Notes under the pieces: generated by a model | Database searches by the model: none | What the model was told of the DNA's origin: nothing | Seen by the model: the letters and a program-made list of their open reading frames with translations, nothing else | Part shown: positions 1 to 11,669 of the stretch, piece after piece | How the letters are laid out: each line of letters begins with the position of its first letter | How positions within the stretch are numbered: position 1 is the first letter of the stretch | Made by a program: the position numbers and the translations under genes | From: Bugula neritina | Taxonomy: Eukaryota; Animalia; Bryozoa | DNA length: 64,000 nt | NCBI GenBank assembly: GCA_964035545.1 | Contig: OZ037765.1 | Location: forward strand, 7,760,698-7,824,697 | Direction of reading: 5' to 3'

Positions 1-370
1 TATTGTATTAGTATTAGCATAAACTTAAAGCATGAAACATGAACTATGAAGTAAAATTTACAATTACTGAGAGCCAGAGTGAGTGTCACACTTGCTGTTC
101 ATACTGATATGATACTCACACTAACTCTAAGTATCAGTTACAGTATGAGCAGCGACTGTGAGTGTGAGTATCAGTGTGACACTGATAGTGAAACTCTCAC
201 AATTACTGTAGTAATCCGTATTAAACTTAATGTTACTGTTAGTTGCACTCTGACTTGGCCTTGCAGACTTTCAAATAGTAATACTAGTAGTACTCATACT
301 AATACTAATAGTAATAGTAACAACTAATACGAAGTGAAAGTCAAAGAGTAAGACTAAGAGTAAGACGTTG
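1..370. repeat. Degenerate 6-bp-periodic ACT/AGT tract upstream of CPEB
   Basis: gactgt gagtgt gagtat cagtgt gacact gatagt ... aatact aatagt aatagt. Confidence 0.75.
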
Positions 371-2598
371 CAAACCGCCAAATATTTTACACTTTACAGG
401 TTAACTATTACAATTTTGAGTTCGTTACACCATTGATTGTTTGCACGGATGACTGAGACATAACTATGATTTAAGGCCATTACATCACTTTGACTATCAT
501 AATTGTAAGTAATTATTACAAACTTGTGTGATAACTGATATTACTATTACTATTACTATTAGTATTACTGATAGTGATATTCATATTACTTCATCGCCAG
601 GTTTATTGCTATGACCTTGACAAAGACTTACTATAAGTGACTTGACTTTAAAAATTATGCTATGTATACGGTCAATGTCGAATATTTAGCGCAACAATAT
701 ATAGCACGTTTTTGTTAGGTAAGTTTGAACATGCTGAGTTTATGCACAAAAGTAAATTAATTTAATATTTTTTGAAACGTATATAATTATTTTCAAATGT
801 GTAACAATTTAAAAACAAGTTAGTTTAAACAATTCAGTTCGAAATAGAAATTCACTCGGCGAGAAAATGTCCGCGCAGTATGTAATGAGCGGGATAGGCC
901 TTTTCACAACTAGCGTCGTCTGACAAAAAACCAGCGCCTGTCCAATTTACTGAAGTGAACACACGCACAGCACCAGTAGACATCGATCTTTATATCGGTA
1001 GCATTTCACAATTTTCGTTCATCAGTTTATGTATAACTAATCACTTTACTTGATATTATCAAGGTACAGTTGCAATCATTCCTTCTCTTATAGTTATAGT
1101 GATTATTTCAATTCAAAATTCGTGAATACTATAACTATAAGTATAACATTAGATGATAAGTATAACCGTATTTGATTATTTCACTATTTGAATTTTAACC
1201 TACCAAGTTCAAATTGGAGTACTATTTGAATTTCTTTTTGACTTTCAGTAATCAATATATTTTATATCTAATTCTATTACATTTACTATTAGTATTATAT
1301 TTGTGGTGATAAATTGCACTCAAAATTGCTGTTGCACTCGCATGTCATTTTTAATTTTGTGATACAAGTTCAATTTGAATTTCATCATGGTCAGTATGAT
1401 TATTATCGATGTCATCATCATTAGATCATCCTGGTATCCATAGTGGTAGGTAGTACTGTGGTAGGAATATTCAGGAATACGATTACTGAGAGTGGGTGAT
1501 AATCATTGAGATAATAGTAATACAATTTCAATTACGAAATCAAAATGAACTCAGAGTCACGTGGTCATCTCTGTCATAAAATCTTTCCCAGTGGATACCT
1601 TGTTATTCGTAGGCCTTTTCTTGTATGATTGCAAGCTTTCCCCGATAATTAATTGGGTTGATATTGAAAAAAAACTTTTAGAACTGCTAATTATCACTAG
1701 AGTTAAGCGCCCTTTGTTGTTGAGCTGAGTGCACAATAGCGAAACAAGTTGAGAAATATTGAAAAAATTGGGGTCGCATGATGTCTCTTCATCATATATC
1801 CACTTGTCACCAAGGAGACCCGCTATTCTTAGACTTTTCTTGCATTATAGCATAGTTGACCCGATCATTTCTTGGGCGTATATTCAAGGAAGTTTTTGGA
1901 GCTGCTAATCGACACTAAGTGACCTACCCTTCTCGTGTTAAACTTAAGGCATACCATAGGCAAAATAAGTTTTAGTTTTGCGCACAGGCTGCCAGCAGTA
2001 AAGTCACAGCAGGTTGATTTTCTCAAAAATAAGAGTTGTTGAATATTGCGATTTTTTAAAACACAAAGTTGATTGGTTGTTGTGTTTAAAACTAAAATAA
2101 GTACTGATTATTTACTATAAAACTAAGTATAGATTTTGTATATAATAAATAAATTTTAAGTTGGATTAAATTTTATGGCCATCCATCTCTGATCATCGCG
2201 GTGATTAGTCATGACATTACTATTGAGAGTTAAACTTATTAAATTAATCCTATATGTATAAGCTACAGTTATAATAATTATAAGTATATCATCTTTTTAA
2301 TGCTGATCGCTTCAGGATGTAGCTTAATATTCAAACTTTTCCTTCAAAGTATTAAGTAAACATTGTGCTATGACTTTATAGCATTGATATTAATATTTGT
2401 CATTAATGTTGTGTAATAAAAGCATGAGCTCAAAAACTGTAGAACACTGGTGTTTAATGTGATGTTATGTATTAGTTTTTTGCGGCTATTCAATAAATAT
2501 GCTGATGTTGTTTACATTTTTGAACACACTAAAATGTAATGCCCTCTTTTGCATTTTTTAATTTGAAATGGTTTTAGGTTCACAAGTTGTCGCCTTCA

Positions 2599-5500
2599 AT
2601 GTTAGTAAAGGATATGCAGGCTGAAGAAGGTTCTAAAGGGACTGAAGACCATTCTGTTCACATATCTCCTATTGATAAATCAACAAATAAGCAGGCAAAT
2701 AGAATAGAAGGGGCAGCCGTTAAAGAAGCTCTGCATAATGGAAATGGAATTCAGGACATTGGAGATGAAAGCAGTGACAAACAGTCAAGTGATAGCAAAT
2801 CTCATGGTTCTCCAGCTGCAGAGCAAGAGATGACCAGTATGCAATCACATGACATGGCACAACCTCTAAATTTTGAGTTGAATTCAGAAGCTCAAAGTGA
2901 TGTTTCCGGCAGAAATTTTTGGCAACTTCCCCATCATGAAGATGGCAATATGTTTCATTTTCAATCAATCAATCCTCCCCAATCAATGCCTAATTATGGG
3001 CTAAATAATAATAACTCTTTCCCCCAGCCTGTTCATTTTGGATCAATTGGTCAACAACCCAGTTATATGCCGAATCATGGGCATTTTTCATCTCCGCCTG
3101 GTATGCACAATATGTCAATGATGAGCAACATGGGGCCTATGGGTGGAATGAATTATCCTAATTCCCATAGTCAAAACCAAAGAAGAGCAATAACTGCCCA
3201 ACACAACTATGGGTCAATGGGTGGAAAGCCAATGAATCCAAGAGTTCCATGGAGTAATCAGCAAAATACATGGCCAAATCCTGGTCAGCCGCCCAACATG
3301 TCTCCCAACATGTCGCCATGGACAATGGCTTTGCAGCAGCAAAAAGCAATGAATAGACCTGGTGGAAATGCAAACATGGGCCCTGGATCAAAGAAAGGAC
3401 AATCTGGTATTCCTATCAATCACACAGCAAGCATGAATAATATGATGATGCAGCAACTCAGGTATGGTAAGCGAAGTAGCCCTGTCTCATCTATGAAAGC
3501 TGGCTACCCTGTTTCCGTTGGAGGTGAATCTATGAGTACTTCAGATATGAGCACAAATTACCAGGTAAATAGCAAGTAGTAAAACATAGCAGTTAAATTT
3601 GTGAAGGGTACATAGTTCCTATTTGATTTTACCAAATAATTGAGTTTAAAATTCACAATATAATGAAACATTTTGCTTTTATTAATGCCTGGAAAAAGCA
3701 GTACCTGTTGAAAATGGTTTGACTCCTATTTGTTTGATTGTAATAGCTTATGGTACCATTGGTAGCATATTTCTATTGACCTTCAACTTGCATCAGTTAT
3801 AAGTAATTCACATTTTAATTTTTAGAACAATATGGGTATGCCGACTAATGACAACATGAAAATGGATGCACTCCAAACTCAGCTGCTAGACATAATGAGA
3901 CATCCTGGGCAATATGAACAAGATAAAGGTATTATCAATTTCACAATAACAGTAGCAATAACTGCTGTTCATACCTAGTTGTAGATATATAGCAAGCTAT
4001 AAACTTGTTGTCTTTGATAGAATATTAATAACGTTTTTCTAGAAGAAAATGTTGTTATTTCCATGGTTAAAACGATCTGTTTCAGACTAATTATTTAATT
4101 CAAGAACTGAGTACATTTCTGAAGTTCAAAATATTTCATTAGGCTATATTCTAGTTCAAATCCAAGAACCTGTATGCAAGCAAGCAAGCGAGTAATTTTC
4201 CTGTGTAGTATGCATCCCAATATCCTAGTTGCTCTTTTTACTGGTTTGCCCTCATTACTCTATTCGTTTTTGTGTAATATAAGGTAAATAATTATGCAAA
4301 TGGCAATATGTGAGTTTTTTTGGCAATTTTTATGTTGTCATTGTGTCCGAACACTGTTGAAAAAATTTTCGCTAAAAAGAAAAGAAAAATTTTACAAGAA
4401 ATTTTTTTTCGTGAAGAGATGGTGTCAAATGATCAGCCAGAAAAACTTTGTCAAATTCTTTTGCTGGTTATAATTCACTACTTTAGTTATAAATCGGTAG
4501 TCTTGCCACAAAACTTCATAGAAATGTACATTTTAACTGTCACTGCTGAAAGCGCACTTCTGTTGGTTCTGTAGGATTCAATGATAACATTGGGTTCAAT
4601 GGTGATGATATCTCTGTGAGCAATGACCACAGACCAGGAAATGGAGTTGCTGGAATGAATGGCGCTTTCACTGGCTCCTCAGACTACAGACCTGATAGAC
4701 CAGAGCGATATTCTAGAAAGGTGTTTGTGGGTGGACTACCTCCAGATATTGATGAAGGTATTTTCACATTATTAAAACCTCTTTCATCAGCTGTCTAACT
4801 TGATATCAAAATAGCCCTGGTGGGTTGTCTATCTTTGGTATTGTTGTGTCATTTCAGAAGCCCAGGTTACATTTTATTTTCTTGGGAAAATTTATTTTGT
4901 GAATTTTCTCTTTGCAGAAGAAATAACTGCTAGCTTTAGGAGATTTGGACCCGTGGTTGTTGATTGGCCTCACAAAGCTGAAAGCAAATCTTATTTTCCT
5001 CCAAAAGGTTAGTGTTTGGTTTTTGGGTTCTAAAGTAGTGATTGATTTTGCTAGACTCCAAGTTCTATTTCCCCATAATGTGCTCTGTATTACTTAATTT
5101 CAGCTGTTCAATAAAAGTCTACAACAAAGCTTTATCATCTCATGCATTATATTCTGGGTAGCTTCAGTTCTACTCAAGCTATAACCAGCAAGTGTTTTGA
5201 AACTCTGATTGGGTAAACTTGGTGGGGTTTTTAGGTTGTATCTTGGCCTTTCTGTGAACTATTTCTACTTTCAGGTTACTGCTTCCTTTTGTTCCAAGAT
5301 GAGATGTCGGTTCAGAATTTAATTGATTCTTGCCTCAGTGAAGACTCAAAAATCTACTGGTGTGTCACTAGTCCAACAATGAAGGATAAACCTGTAAGTT
5401 TCGTTAGTTTTCCTCAGCTTGAATGTTAAATGTGTAAATTTCAAAGGGTGATGTGATTATAGATAATAAATTGCAAGCAATTATTTATCGTTTTTGCTTC

Positions 5501-6830
5501 ATAATGATGGCTGTTAAATTGGGAAAGTAGAAGTTCTAACTAATCACAATATATTATGTCCAAGTCATTTTTAGGTGCAAATTCGTCCATGGAGTTTGAG
5601 TGATTCTGATTTTGTAATGGATGACTCCCAGACATTAGACCCAAGGAGAACCATTTTTGTTGGTGGAGTACCCCGGCCTCTTCGAGCTTGTAAGAACCAT
5701 TTTAAAATTTGTATGATTCTAGCATGAGCTATAACCGCTTTAGTATGCACTTTGAAATATTTTGACTGCTGCAAAAATTAAACATAACTGCTTAAATTAG
5801 CATTGGTGTAAGCTTGTTATTTAATCGAGGTATTCTAAAAGTTATAATGGAATTGAAACCTCCCAAAGGATTCAAAGTAAAATGTAAAATTATGCTTGGA
5901 AAGACTAAATTGATTCCTGTTCACAAGATTTGTAACTTTTAAGCTTTACTTCCTCTCTAGTCTGAGTTGCAGCCTTTAATTAGCGTAATATTGACTTGGC
6001 ATATTGTGAAGCACTCAGCTTAGTAAAACTATTGGTGAAGGTATCGAAATTCTCTTAATAGTGTTTATCTCACTAATTTGACATGACTCTTGCAGACGAG
6101 TTAGCAGTTATAATAGACCGGCTCTATGGTGGAGTCTGCTATGCTGGTATAGATACTGACCCTGAGCTGAAATATCCTAAAGGAGCTGGTCGAGTAGCTT
6201 TCTCAAACCAAAAAAGCTACATTGCAGCAATAAGTGCTCGATTTGTTCAATTGCAGCTTGGCGATATTGATAAGAGAGTAAGCTATATCATTCTTTGGAT
6301 TGTTTATGTTAAAGTTGGTGCTAATTCCTTCTATTTCTCACATGTGATTCAAACGGATACTTTCTCGTTTTTTCCAAATTTTTTGAATGCATGTTTTGTG
6401 ACGCTGATTTGGTTGTACCAAGCAAAAACGTTTATTGAAGCTGATTTGATTACCTTTGCAGTTGTACAAAGAAGAAAAATTTATTCATCAGATTTTAGCA
6501 TACTGGTTTTTTCATATCATCTATTGTTGCTCAGATTATTTTTGCTGCTTCTGGAATTTTCTGCGTTGGCTTTACTTGTGAGCATGTCAATTTTCTTTCT
6601 AGGTTGAAGTCAAGCCATATGTGCTTGATGACCAGCTATGTGATGAGTGTGGAGGTGAACGCTGCAATCAAAAGTTTGCTCCCTTCTTCTGTGCTAATGT
6701 AACATGTCTGCAGTACTACTGCGAGCAGTGTTGGGCCACAATTCACTCTCGTGCAGGTCGTGAATTTCATAAGCCGCTCATCAAGGAAGGTGCAGATAGA
6801 CCACGGGCTGTTCCTTTCAGGTGGTGTTAG
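2599..6830 (+). CDS. CPEB4: Cytoplasmic polyadenylation element-binding protein, CPEB2/3/4 (Orb2) subfamily; coding exons approx. 2599-3564, 3826-3928, 4575-4757, 4918-5007, 5275-5393, 5575-5689, 6096-6277, 6603-6830
   Basis: RRM1 [17 protein letters not shown] and [17 protein letters not shown]; RRM2 [24 protein letters not shown]; ZZ zinc finger CDECGGERC...[19 protein letters not shown]; ends PFRWC. All introns GT-AG with consistent phase. Start at ATG 2599 is inferred. The gene is co-orthologous to CPEB2/3/4, so the symbol is nominal. Confidence 0.93.
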
Positions 6831-8590
6831 CTTCCTTGAAACACCCAAGCAGTAGGTAAACAAACTGCTTGACATTGTAATTGAGTGTTCATTTGTTTTT
6901 AGCAATACATTTGTACAGTTTTTGATTTTTTTTCTCTACTTCCAATAGCATATGCCTTTTATTACTAATAATTTAAACTGCTTACAAAGCCACTTGTAAA
7001 ATTGATTTTTATTTGAGAATTTAAGAGATCTAATATTTTCAACAGTTTTAATGTGTGTAGCTGCTGTGCTGTGTAGAGCTAAATATTGCCAAGGTCAATC
7101 CTTGGTTATTGAAATAATAGCTTTGAATTTAGACATGTGCCACTAGAATATCTCCTAGCACAAATCATAATATTTTTTCATGGTACTTATTGCTTTTAAT
7201 TTGTTACATTTTTTAAAACTCTTTGTTGAAATGATCTGATAAAATAAGTGTCTAAGGTCATAACATTTGCATTACTCACTTTTTAGATCAACTAATGATG
7301 TTCCTATTTTGTTTTTATAGTTATGTTTATTTTGCACGTATCGCTACAGCTCTCCCTATTTTGTGTTCCATCAATTATTCCAATATTTTGTATTTTCTCA
7401 AGTCTTTTCAATGTTTTTTAAATGTTTACAGTTAGTTGTTCATTATTGGTGCGACCTCAGTAGCCGAGTACTAGCATTTCACTACCTGTTAACCAGCACA
7501 ATTATTTTCTGACAAAATTTAAATTTAGTCATCGCATAAACAGTTTTTGGTGCTTTGATGGTTTCTGCAGTAGGTGCGACTACACAACTAAACCTCATCG
7601 ATAGTGTGGAATTTGATACTAGAACTTCAATATCTACTAGTTATAATCATAATGTTTTTTTAATTTTTTACATTGAAAGTTATTCTCAGTATGTGCAATA
7701 GATTGTTTGGATGAGTGATTTGTAAGCCATAATAATAAATAACTAACTTGGTGAATTTCACAATTCTGATATTATTAGCTGTTGAAAATTTAATCATTTT
7801 ATGCGACAGACTCTATAATATAACAATGTCAATATTAGGCTTATGCAGTGGTTGATCTCTTAAAAATTTTGATATTTTAGCAATTGCTTTTGCTGTGTAT
7901 GTGCTCGGTTGCTTAGGGTTACATCTTACTTTTAATTGTTATATAATGAGTTTGAATTAATATTTTACCATTTACATATATTTTAATCTGTTTGTGTACT
8001 TTATTATTGTTGTGTGAAAATTATTTTATTTGCGTGTACATATTTGTTCTTTGAGGGTGGTGGTTTTGCCTACATTTTTGTTGGTAGGGACATTAATACT
8101 TCAATGTACGTACCTTCAAACCCACTCTAAATTGTAGTTGATGCCATTGTGAGTCTCCTGTTGTCCGGGCCAACAAACCAGTCTTTTGTCTCAGTATTGT
8201 TTTGTCATACATTTGTGTTTATTCATTAGAAACATATAGGTGATATAACTATTGATAATTTTAATAACAATCGAAAGATCAGCAAATTTTTGTAAACCCT
8301 GCAAAATTGCAAACTATTTTTCTTGTACTCCATAAATTATGTTTTGTATAGTGGACATTTTTTAGTTTTATATGTCATTGCAATGTTTCAATTCACTTTT
8401 GTACTTAATAGCAGGATTTTTTACAACTTTTATGTCCATACAAAGCTTTATTTTCTATTACTTCAGTTTATAAATCTGTTAGCCACGGCCCACAACAGGC
8501 ATGAACCACCAGCACATCTTTGTATTTCAAGCAATTTTTTGTGACAGCTTTCAAATATTGTCAATAAAAGTGTTCTCTTCACGCATCAAC
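6831..8590 (+). promoter_or_regulatory. Long (~1.7 kb) U-rich 3' UTR of CPEB with candidate poly(A) signal
   Basis: U-rich sequence with multiple TTTTAT/TTTTAAT motifs, TGTACATA at 8035-8042, and AATAAA at 8563-8568 (another near 7734). Confidence 0.5.
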
Positions 8591-9649
8591 TTTTTCATTC
8601 ACAACTGCAACTTCGATCGTTCTTGCACATGCTCAATACACAACATTTTTCTTGCATAAATTGAGTATATTGTTTCACATCATCACTTGTTGAGCTACAT
8701 TTTATAATACAGACTTTCTGTAGAATGAAGATATTTACATTAGATAGAAATCATGGAGAACTTAGTATTCATACAACCAATAGTAACAAGTAATTCTCTC
8801 AAACTGCGTTGGCTCTCATCAGATACGAAAGTGACCTACCCTTTAGAATGCTCAATTCTCTGGGAAGTCTAGGCTTTGCCTTAATGTCGCCAGATTTGAC
8901 TTCTGAAGTCAATTTGGATAAAAAAAAAGGACACACAATTTTAGAGTTGCCTATCCTGTAAACGGACACGGGAGCTCAGTGAGTTCAATAATTTGTCTAC
9001 AGCCTGAAGCAACTGTTGAAACAGGTTAATATTTTTCGACTTGTTTTCAAATAAGGCTACGCGTGCACAGCAACTGCTTGAAACTAATTGACCGGTTAAG
9101 CGCTAAAAGCAGTGTCTGCAAGTATAATAAAAATGTTATGAAGTTAATAAATGTAATATAGGATTAATAAATGCAATAATTGTAGATGTTTATATGAAAT
9201 GCTACTTAAAATTAAAATGCTGTTAAATTTGCTGTTTCTATTGAAGTATTTTTATTTAAAAATATCAATATGATTTATGAGTATTAAATTCAAGATCAGT
9301 ATGAGTATGAAATTGAACATTAAATTTGATATAAATATGAATATGAACTAAGAATATAAATACTCATTTAATATTTATATTATAATCATGAATATATGGA
9401 ATTGAATAATTAAATTAATTTGTTTCATAATTATAACTAATTAACTATTATTAAGAATATTAAATTTAATCGGTTATTATTTATTATCACCGATGTTTCA
9501 TATAAATAGTTTTAGAAAGATTTATTGAAATCAGAAATGTATCTAATTTAATTTTTTTTAGAAAACGAATGATTTTTAAAATAAACGTAAGACTTATGAT
9601 ATTGATAATCATAATGAATAAATTTAATGATCATTATGATGATGAAATT

Positions 9650-10030
9650 GAATCGGTAGTTATACTAATGAGTAATGAGTAATGACTAAAAGTAAATCAA
9701 AATGAGTAAATGTAATGAATATAATACTAGTCTAATGTATAATATTAATGTTAATACTAAGTCTAATAGTAATAGTAATAGTTATACTTATAGTTATACA
9801 GTTATACTTATAGTATTAGTTATATTTAATTTTATGGTTACAATTACTATTACTGAGTATTAGTATTGTAATAATGATTATTGATTATGATGTTCATGTT
9901 CGATTATTACTGATGAGCATAATTATAATAATAAATCATTATGCGAATTGTAATGCTAATACTAATAGTAATAGTATTACTATTATTTATACTTATAAAA
10001 TTAAATCTAGCAATACATATTACAATGAAA
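9650..10030. repeat. Degenerate 6-bp-periodic tract 5' of ATP5MK
   Basis: aatagt aatagt aatagt tatact tatagt tataca. Confidence 0.75.
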
Positions 10031-10706
10031 AGTATAACATTGAATTATCATTACCCTAGAGTCTAGACCTTCAGGCTTCACATAGTGACCATGATAGTTT
10101 CAGTTTGATTGAATTATAAATGTTCATAGTCGCAATGACAATGTCGTATCCTAAGTGAATTAGCTGTAAGTCTGAGTCTGGCCCCCAGTCTGACTCATCT
10201 CCTTATTAGATATGGCTGGGGTGACTGACTATGGCAACCACAAGTGGGTAGTTAAAGCAGGAACCTCAATCAAGTGTGCTAAGACCAATAGTAATTATCG
10301 GTTTTATATTACTAGGAGTAGGCCTTGTGGTAGTACATGGCTGTAATTCACATTTATTAATTTCTAGTGATATTGAAAGTCGAGGTTGTCACCATTAGTT
10401 CTAGTTTTACTGCTGTTGCCTTTTCTAGTCATTGCTATGACTAAGTTTACATCAGGGCTGGGTTATAGCAGACTGATACCGTATGCTTGCTGTGACTGCA
10501 CTCAAATTTGCTTTAGGGTTTCATATTTGTTTGAGAATTTTATACATATATTTATATTATTTTATTTTTACAATAGTTATATCATTCATACTCTGCTAGA
10601 TAAATAGACAAAGTTTGAAAATTAGTTTTTTTTTAATATTATAAGATAGACAATTGCATTGGATTTATTTGCTCAAGTGATTTGTTTTGATCATTTTTAA
10701 GATATC

Positions 10707-11445
10707 ATGGCTGGAGGAGAAGAGATGCAGTTTACAGGAATATCAAAATATTATAATACTTACACCAAACGTGGCCGTTTAAATGTGAGTATCAACACCA
10801 TGTTGCTGTTATGTTTTGCACTGAGTTATTTCCTCAAGTGCAAGATTAGCGTTTTGTTATTTAATTCTCACCTATCTCCGCTTGGTCCTGTTCGGGTAGC
10901 AGGAGTTTTTTTATCTAATGCTTGTGATTAAGTTAAATTGCAGCTTGTATGCTCTAGATTTTCTAAGAACATGGTAATGTGTTCTGAAAACCAGTAACTA
11001 ATCTTAATTGTTCAATGGTAGTAACTGACCCCAGCTGTAACAAGTTGTATGGACTATGCAAGCATTTATAATAGAAACTAATTGTATTTCTTATTATGGT
11101 TGCTATTTAAAATTCACTAGAGGAAGCACATAGCATTATAGAATAGGACTAAACATGCTAGTATTGATTGAATTACTTGGATTCACACTATTCAATCAAT
11201 GTAGCATTGAACCATCAACTTTTGGTTATTGCATTATCAAAAATAGTTTCAACACAATAAAATCATTTACGTTGTATTATATGAACACATTAACTCATTG
11301 GATTTTGTTGCAGTTTGTTCTGACAACTTATGGAACATGTGCTGTCGCCTACCTTTACTTTAGAAGAAGAGGTGCTAAAAAGGCAGCAGCTGCTGCTTCA
11401 GAAGACACATCAGGCAGCTCTAGTTCTTGCGAACAATTGAAATAA
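10707..11445 (+). CDS. ATP5MK: ATP synthase membrane subunit K / DAPIT (USMG5) homolog, 69 aa; exons 10707-10784, 11314-11445
   Basis: Spliced product MAGGEEMQFTGISKYYNTYTKRGRLN|FVLTTYGTCAVAYLYFRRRG... matches the DAPIT pattern QFTG.KYFN.YT..GR.N.VL.TYG followed by a TM helix and basic residues; phase-0 GT-AG intron. Confidence 0.88.
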
Positions 11446-11669
11446 TTGTTCTATTATTAACAAAAAGCTTAGATTTGGTGTGCAGGATTAAACTTGTTAA
11501 ATAACTTATCCATCTATGTATCAGTTTTTCATGCATGATGTGTACAATAACTTTATTTAGTAAATATAAGGGTAATGTTGGTAAAAGAAATAATAAGTGA
11601 GTTTCTTGTTGACATATCTCTTATGATTTATATTTTCCAAGTTACTGAATAAACTTAAGCATAGGCAGT

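Noticed and set aside
79-327. Low-complexity ORFs (also 9874-10059, 16079-16471, 17237-17455)
   Set aside because: By-products of 6-bp periodic tracts that lack stops in some frames; alternating-residue translations with no splice or homology support.
4209-4283. Possible 75-nt cassette exon in CPEB (AG...AAG|GTAAAT)
   Set aside because: In-frame TAG after six codons; nothing supports a poison exon without RNA data.
4915-4920. NAGNAG tandem acceptors (also 27849, 28605)
   Set aside because: Distal AAG is a weak acceptor; common and uninformative without reads.
1917-8843. Exact 15-mer AAGTGACCTACCCTT at 1917 and 8829 (nuclear-receptor half-site-like) flanking CPEB
   Set aside because: A few 15-bp matches are expected by chance in 64 kb; no further support.
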